DNA of 64,000 nt from the human T2T-CHM13v2.0 reference genome, Homo sapiens, in NCBI RefSeq assembly GCF_009914755.1, contig NC_060942.1; one strand, written 5' to 3'. Under the pieces are notes generated by a model. It did not search any database. It saw nothing but the letters and a program-made list of their open reading frames with translations, and was not told the DNA's origin. Positions 56,262 through 64,000 of this stretch are shown here, in pieces (positions within the stretch are counted from its first letter, which is position 1; each line of letters opens with the position of its first letter). Made by a program: the position numbers and the translations under genes.

Positions 56262-56467
56262 ACAAGAAATCACAATGAAAAAAATAACCATATATTTTCA
56301 ATGGAAACAACCATTTATAAACAAACACAGCATAGATTTAAATGACTTGCTATTACTTATGAGACTCAACTGGGTATATGTTTAATAATTACCCAGTCTC
56401 CAGATAAGATACTGATTATTTTTAATGAAATAAAATAATTTTTACTTATTAACCTGAAAAAAAAAAA
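56262..56467 (+). other. L1 3'-transduced segment with its own AATAAA and poly(A)
   Basis: Lies between the L1 tail and the second TSD copy; AATAAA at 56429-56434, A-run at 56457-56467. Confidence 0.85.
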
Positions 56468-56649
56468 GAGAAGGATGTTCTCTGGGTGGGGCAGGGTCCT
56501 GCCTTAGCATGTGAATTAGTGTGACCTGTTGAGGGCTGGGGTGAGGAATATGCCAGGGGAGGGACAAGAGCCCCAATCATTAAAGATTTCAGCCAAGAAG
56601 ACTCCATTCAACAACCGACACCCTTACACTCCCTTTACCTGGTAACTCC

Positions 56650-56795
56650 ACTTACATCTCACAACAAGCCAGGAAGACATGCAGGGAAAAGGTGATTCCC
56701 ATTTTACAGATGAGACACCAAGGCAAGCCAGAGAGACTGAGGCTGGAGTGGACGCCGCCCTGGTGAGTGGTGGCAGAGCTGGGGCCACTGACTCT
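56650..56795 (-). mobile_element. MIR
   Basis: attcccattttacagatgag ... gtggcagagctggg. Confidence 0.6.
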
Positions 56796-57149
56796 ACTCT
56801 CTGTTGCATGCCACTGCCAGCTCCAATGTGAGCCAGGTGAAGACTGGCCCTTTCTCACTGCTGGTTCCCATCAATCAGGGCATCAGCAAGCTGGTCTCGA
56901 CTGAGGGTGTCTCACAGGCGCAGCCATGTGCCCAGAGCCCTGCCCTTCTGATTTCAGATGTGGAGGGGACGACCAGGCTCTTATACAACCTACCTGACTT
57001 GACCACAAACAGCCCATCCTGGCCCATCACTACCTGAGACCCTGGACGGTGGGGCACTGGGCATGGTCAGGACAGAGCCTCTGCTCCCTGGGGAACTTTG
57101 TTGGAACAAAGAACATGCTAATGGCAATGGTGATGGTTAGCATCAGTGA

Positions 57150-57330
57150 TGACCAGCGGGTGTGTGTATTTCCACTTGATCTTCACCCCAGTCACGTGAG
57201 AGGAGCATTTAGGACCTGCATTTTACAGATTAAGAAACTGGCACAGGGAGGGTCGGTAATGTGCCCAGAGCGAGCCAGCTCTAGAGTGGGCTCTGTCCCA
57301 AAACCTCCCTGCCAGGTTTCAGACTCTAAC
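57150..57330 (-). mobile_element. MIR
   Basis: cattttacagattaagaaactggcacagggagggtcggtaatgtgccca. Confidence 0.6.
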
Positions 57331-59164
57331 AGTGGGAGGGGCTGGAAAGCAGCCTGGGGAGGGTCCAGGGAGGCTGTCCAGGCAGGGCATCGTGCCAGCA
57401 ATGTGCAGAGGATGGGGGTCCCTCGTGGGAGTGCTCCCACTAGGCACGTGAGAGGCCCAGGTGGGCAGGTACAGGACCCATTCCCAATGCCACAGCCTCT
57501 GTCAAGCTGCCTGCGGACTCCCAGCAGCCAGATGATCTACAGTTGCTGGCTCAAAGATGTGCTTTAATCGAATAATGATATTGGGGAGTGAGGAGTCACC
57601 ATACATCAGCTCTCACCAAATGAAAAATCCGAAGGATAATGTAGGAGGTGAGAGATGCACTGGAGTGGGCATTTTACCGAAATCCACAGCAATTCACATG
57701 CCAGAAAGGTGGCTACCCCACCGCCCAGCCACTGAGATCACAGGTGGCTACTGTGTCCCAGACCCAGCTTGGGCAGAGAAGTTCCCCGCAGGTCCCCACC
57801 TCTTCACTCTCCACCTCACCATGCACCCTTCCTTAGTTCAGCCCTTTGAAGCCTCAATGTGACTAATTTGTAGAATCAGGAGGTGAGGCTTTGAGCCCTG
57901 CACCCAGCGAGTTTGGGGTCTGTGCTGCCCTTTGCCAGTGCACAGGGCGGTCCTCACTGCCTGGTGCAGGGGCTCATGCAGCTCATCTCCACTCTGACAT
58001 CCGGCTCCGAACTTCCACAGCTGGGGCTGGAACATCCATATTCCCTACCCTTCTGGAAGCCTCCTGAGGAGCCCACTCCTCTCTGATCCGTAACTTCACT
58101 GGCAACTGAGAGGCTCACTGCCTGTTGTGGGTGGCCAGGTCTGCATATTGACAATGACAATATGCAGACTGACAATGACATGCCAGTGTGCAGAAGCAGG
58201 GGCTCCCCTGGTCTGGCCACCATGTGTACAGAGGGTGAGCACTCCCAGGCACTCTGGAAGACGTGGGGGCATTGTTCTGAGTCAGTCTCTGATGGAAAAG
58301 CCTTAGGAAGACCATCGTGTCCCTTCTTGCCCGGTTCCTTCTCCCATGGAAGGGAGGCACAGAGTGGATAAGCATTGTCCTTACCCAGCACTGAGTTCAA
58401 ATCTCCCCTCTGCTTCTTACCGGCTTCCTACTCCCAGCCAGTGGCCCTGCCTCTTTGAGCTGCAGCCCCATCCTCCAATCCTCTAAATGGTGGGAGGAGG
58501 TTATGAGGTCATGTAGTTCAGGGCCAATACTGGGACAGGGCCCAGGTGAGCAGGCACTCTTGCAGTTGGAGCATGGTGTGTGCATGAGTGTGTTTCTGTC
58601 TGTGTCGTGCGGTCTGCCTGTGGTGTGTCGGCCTGTCTGGCCTGTGATGTGTGTCCTCAGGTTGGGTGTGTGTATAGGGTGAGAATCACTTTTCCATTGG
58701 CTGCAGCTGGCCTAGGCAGGGGAAGCTGTGTCTAGGTTGGGGTGGGGGCATGAGAGCCCGTGGGTGCATGTGTGTGTGCTCATGCGTCCTCCAAAACCTC
58801 CTTGCCGCAGAGTATAAATATTTATACAGATACCTGCCATAAATCTGCCTGCCTGGCAAACAAATGAATTGCAAAGGTAACTTTGTGTGTTGGGAGGGGG
58901 GCATTTACAAAAGTGCTCAGTGATGGGGTTGAAGAACACCAAAGGAAGTAAGCGATGACGCCGGCTGGACGGCTCTCGGGGCCAGTACCAGGGCAGCAGC
59001 TAGGTCACCACAGGGCCTTCAGGGCTGGTTCCTTCAGCAAGGGGGCAGGGACACATCCTAGGGAGCCCCCCACTGGCATGGGATAAATGCCTGAACCACC
59101 CCACCAAAGTCAGCTTTTCCTGACCTCCGATGCTGATGCTGTCCAAAGAGCTTGGTCCCTATAG

Positions 59165-59330
59165 CTTACTTAACCCTCCCCACCCCTGTGAGATGGAAAC
59201 TTAATATTTCCAGACTGCAGAGAGGGAAACTGAGGCCCAGAGAAGGAAGAGGCTTCCCTAGATGGCAGAGGCAGGATGTGAAACTGAGTCTGAGCTAGAG
59301 CCCTGGCTCCTACCAGTATCCTGTACCACT
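59165..59330 (-). mobile_element. MIR
   Basis: cagagagggaaactgaggcccagagaagg. Confidence 0.6.
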
Positions 59331-60589
59331 GCCCACCTGGCCTCTGGGAGCTCGAGGCCTGAGTGTGTGGGATGCAGCCGGCCTACAGCCAACTCCTTTA
59401 GGGCTACAGCCAACTCCTCTACTCTTCCACCCCCAAGCATCTACTTCTAATGACTGCCCTCTCCGTCCTCCCCGGTCCCAGACCCTGGCCTGGGGAGCCT
59501 TCCCCATTCCAGCCCCTCCCCATGGGCTGGAGGAGGCCTTTTTAATTGGGTCCACAAGAACTTTATTACTGGGTAACTAGTTCCTTTGCTTTTCCTGTAA
59601 CAAATTATCCTAACGATGTGACCCGGGACCAGATGTTAATTGCAATGGAAAGTAATCAATTTCTTTTACTGAGCACAGGCTCCTGGGCAGGTTTGTCAGG
59701 AGCAGAGCCAGGCTTCTTAATGAGGAGGGCACTGGAAGTATCCATCCCAGGCTGCCTTCACCTTCTTTCTTCCTGACCAGCCCTCACCCTTTCTCAATAA
59801 GGGCAGTGCCTGGCCAGCCCTTTCCCAAATGGCAGCCTCCCACCTCTTCAGGCCATGTCCCTTTTGGGCCATCTACCTTTCAAGAGGCCAACTACCTTCC
59901 TCTGGCTTCCTATCCCCCAGGAGATCAAGCTTAGTCCTCCCTCCTGGCACATGAGGCTTCTGTAATCCGCTCCAAGCCCCTGCCTGGCTTGGTGTTCTTC
60001 TCTCCCTAGCCGGGACACTGCAGCCCAGCCAGGCCACTTCTCTGCCCCTGCAAACCCTGCATCCATTCCCACCTCTTGCTTTCTTCTGCAATTCTGCTCT
60101 CTCCTGGGTGTGCTCCCCTACTCTTCTGGTCCTAGCTCAGTCTTCCTCTGGCCTTCAAGGCTTCCGTGTCTGCAGTGCTGGGGGCTTGAGAGAACCCCAG
60201 GAAGGCCCCCCTCCATTTCTGTTCTGCCATAATCCATCATCCTCAGGAGTGTGGGGCTCTGGGTGAACGCAGGAATCTTGGGGTCTGGCCTCACCTTGGT
60301 GGAAAATAGGCAAGGCCCTGGGGCCCCCACAATGCAGCCTGCAGTGCTTGCCAGGCTCACCTTTCAGGGTGCAAGGGAGGGTAGGTCCTGTTTTCCTCTG
60401 GCCTGGCAAGGGTTGGGATCGTAAACTGGAGTTCAGTTCATGCTAGTGGATGAATTCTGCAATGTGCTCTGTTAGAGAAGCTCTGCTCAATTTGAAAGCA
60501 GAGCAGAGGAGAGCCCCTCCCTACCTCTGGGTACACCTGGGTTAATAATGAGTCTGCTTTCAGCAGGGGGCACAGCAGGGAGCATCCAG

Positions 60590-60800
60590 GGATGGGGGAG
60601 TGGGCACAGGGGAGGGTGGAGGGGAGAGGGGAAGGGGAGGTGGAGGAGGGAGGACAGAGGAAGATAACTAAAGCAAGGAGGAGAAATAAAAAAGGAAGAG
60701 AAAAGGCAAGACAAAAGTGGAAAGAAATGGAGAAGGAGAGAGAGAAAAAGGAGATGTGAGGAGAAAAAAGGGAGAAGGGAGCGGCCAGGGAAACAAAGGC
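60590..60800. repeat. G/A-rich purine tract
   Basis: About 200 nt, nearly all purine. Confidence 0.8.
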
Positions 60801-60943
60801 ATCCTGAGATGCAGGAAGGCAGTGGTTGGGCTGGTGGAGCAGGGCTGGCAGGTGCAGGGGCTGTCCACTGCCTGGTAAGACTGCCTGAGGACGGCCTCCT
60901 GCTTCTGCAGGACCCTGAGGTCTACATGTCCCAAAAAACTGCC

Positions 60944-61120
60944 TCAGTGGAGTCCAACCCTGGCTGCATTTTAGAACCTCCTGGGAGCTTCAAGGAAAAA
61001 CAAGAAAAAAGAAACAGAAGGAAGAAAATCCCCCTTCCCAGACAAATCCAACCAGACCAGTCTGTGGGACCCAGGCATGGGATGCTTCTCACGAGCTCCC
61101 TGGGTGACTGTAATGCTCTG
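60944..61120. mobile_element. MER5-like hAT-Charlie relic
   Basis: cagtggagtccaaccctggctgcattttagaacctcctgggagctt ... agctccctgggtgactgtaatg. Confidence 0.65.
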
Positions 61121-63128
61121 GCCCCAGATGCAGGGCAGGCTGGGCTAGTGCCAGCTGAGGGGTCGTTCCTGAGGCTTAGAAATGAGAGGGAAGCTGGGAA
61201 CACGGTGATGAGAGAACATGGAGAACATGAAATGAATGCGCACAGATCTGGCTTCTGACCAGGAGCTTGCGACTGGGCTTTCAGGAAGACGGGTGTGTTC
61301 CTGGGGACATGTCTTGAGTTACTCAAGTCGAACTCTGCCTTTGGGGTTGGGGTCAGAGGCAGGACCCTTCTCTAGAGTGTGCTTGGTTCCCCTTGGACCC
61401 TGCTGGGAAGGATGCATTCGTTCTGGGGCAGGGCTGATGCCACTGGAGGAAAGTGGGTTTCTGGGATATGGAAGGGCAAGGGCGGAAAGGGAAGATAGGC
61501 AGTGCTCTCAGAAGGAGATGGGGGACTAGGGGGAACAGGAGAGCCACAGAGGAGGCAACAGGAGAGAACCTCTAAGGCAGTGGAAAGCAGAGGTCCTGAG
61601 TCCAGCGGGGACCTTCTCCTCCTCCCTGCGCCCCTACGTCAGAGCTGGCTGGGCTTCCAGGAGCCTCGTGCTGGGTAGGGGAAGATAGTCACACCCCTGG
61701 TCCTCACTGTAAGACACGAAAGAGAGCAGCTCCCACTCACCTTGCCCACAGGTTGACCCTCTCCCCAGTTCTTTCCCCATGGTGGACCCCTCCTCTGGAG
61801 AGCAGCACTCCCTGGACAGAGGCTACGAGAGGACTGCTCGCCCCACGCCCACCCCAGGAGCGGAAGGTGCTTTCTCTGCCACCCCTTGCTTGTTGCTTGG
61901 GTCGCAGGAGGTGGGGTATGGCCCGACAGTGGCTCCGCAGGGCTGGGCCACCCCCACAGAAGGGAGGCCAGGGAGCCCAGGGAGGGGGCAGGCACAGAGA
62001 GGGCCATAGGGGTGGCCAAGGACAAATTCCCCCGACTTTACAATTTCCCTGTGAGTCTACAATTCTATTAAATAGGATAATGGATTTTAAAATGCCCCGA
62101 AAAGCAGAGAGTGCTGTAAGATGGGCGGCATTATTGTTATTAACAACCGCATCCTTCTTAGAGCGTCCAGAGGAAATAAATCAGACAACACTAGCGACAG
62201 GCAAGTCCCGTGGAAGCATTCATTGCCATGAAATAAACACATATATATTAGAAACCCCAAATTAAAGGGAAAGAGCACTTGGGGGTAAGCCATGCTTTTA
62301 TTTTTTAGGGTCTTATTAAAACCCACAAATGCTGGGAAAGCCGGTCTGAGCTGATTGGCTCATGTGCAACCAGAGTGGGGCTTGCCCAGGCTCACAGAGG
62401 AAGGAGTAGCTGTGGGGGTGCACTGCCCCACGAGTCAAAAGCAGGCCCTGGGGACGGCATGGATGGGGCAGCATGGGAGGGGGCAGGAAGGCCGGGCTGG
62501 GCTCCAGCCAGCCAGCATCCCTGAGCATCTAATTTCATGGTATCAACCAGCCTTTTGTTCTCTGCAAGGCTGATACATCCCCTTCACCAGAAGGTCTCCC
62601 AGGAGCTCCCACCCTCCCTGGTCTTCCTGTCTGTGTCTGACCATGCTGCTGGCTCTTCCTCACCTGGGGGCTTGCACTGCTTGTCCTGCTTAGGCTAGGA
62701 GATGAGCCTCCCTGCAGACCTTAGCAAGGTGTCTGGGGCCTCATCCAGTTGTTCACCTGCCTCCCCCGGGGCCTGGCCTAGGCAGGCACCTAGTGGGTGC
62801 TGTGAAACACTTAGTTGAATGGAGGATTGGATGAGAGCAGGGATAAACAGTAAACTCCCTAAGGCAGAGGCTGTCTTCACTCTGTTTTTCCCCTTTGGCC
62901 CTGGCGTGGGTATGCTATTGAGGTGCTAGTGTGGAAGCTCAGGTGGGCTGCCATCCTAAAAGGGATTGGGAGTATTATTTTTTTCTCTCTTACCTCATTA
63001 AGCTTAGCTTCCAATTACGTGTTAATGATGCTGGCTGCCTTTTGTAGGCTGGAGTTTACTGCAGTGTCTTTAAATTTAATCACCTTCATAATGGCCAGCT
63101 CTGGCATCACAAATAAGAGGCCATAAGC

Positions 63129-63155
63129 AAAAAAAAAAAAAAAAAAAAAAAAAAA
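63129..63155. repeat. A27 run not attached to a recognisable SINE or LINE
   Basis: Directly visible; reads U27 in the CELF4 sense. Confidence 0.9.
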
Positions 63156-64000
63156 GGTACTATCCTTTGCTCCTGTATATGCCAGCAAGATCTGGGGTCC
63201 CATGGAAGCCAGAGAAATCCTTTGATATCTCCCTAGCCTAGAAAAATTCTAAGAAATTCTGAGAACTGTCTTTTGGGACCTCAAACTGGGCTCCCTCTGC
63301 TTCCTTGCTCACAAATGCACCAAGAGGAATAAAGGTCAGACTCAGGGCAGGACTTACTGCTTGTGCTGAAACATGAGCAGAGCTGCAGAGGTTCTCCTGA
63401 GAGTGCTTGAGAGATCTGGTGACACACTCCTGCTCTCCCTCCAGCTCCCCATTTTGTGTGCATGGAGCATGGTGTTGGAGAGAGGCAGAGGGGTGGATTA
63501 AACATCTGATATTCAGGGAACCTCAGTGAGGGAGGCCAAGATGCTTTCCTGCTCCGGGGTCCCTCACCCTTAGACCCACCCTTCCACTCAGAGGGTGGAT
63601 GGGTTTCAGGGACTCATGTGTTCAGGACCAGACCTTCTGTCCATGTTCTTCACTGAACCAGAGCCAGGCCCTTTCAGCTTGTGGCTGGTGCCTCCACTCT
63701 CCCGTCCAGTTGTCCTGTATTTGATTTGAACCCAAGGTTGAATTACTGGTGCCAGGCTGGCACTCCCAATGCTGTTGTGATTTCTCAGATGCAGAGAGAA
63801 GTTCACCTGCTCTCACCTCCCTCTTGGACCAGCTGCCATCCCTCCCACTTCTTGACAAGCACCACTCCCCCAACTCCCCACTTTATCTGTCACTGTCCCT
63901 CTGGGGAAACTTCCCCAGTGCTTATGTGGTGCTGAGTCTTCTCTCCTATGCCTCAGGTTGAAGGTCTATGTTCAAGCTCTCTCTCCCAACTACTCCTCCC

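Overview
Primate (very probably human) GC-rich euchromatic DNA lying almost entirely inside introns of a large minus-strand gene. The only supportable coding sequence is one 79-nt minus-strand exon (5537-5615, [26 protein letters not shown]). I recognise it as the RRM1 end and RRM1-RRM2 linker exon of the neuronal RNA-binding protein CELF4 (BRUNOL4), probably exon 3; it has an in-frame alternative donor 30 nt inside. The rest is intron: about 13 Alus, MIR/L2/L3 relics, an MLT1B solo LTR, a rearranged THE1A provirus, a MER45B-like hAT relic, a 5'-truncated L1PA, micro- and minisatellites, and short TAAT-rich islands that look like conserved enhancers. I found no convincing new multi-gene system. 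Best second-look items: an L1 3' transduction inside the TSDs; a THE1A with intact TSD but a 27-bp 5' LTR stub; a candidate 17/15-nt neural microexon behind a U27 tract; a cryptic acceptor and possible intronic polyadenylation just after the CELF4 exon; a MER45B-like element with a foreign interior; and a hairpin bearing a template-switch signature. Repeat subfamily calls come from remembered consensus sequences, and boundaries of old repeats are approximate.
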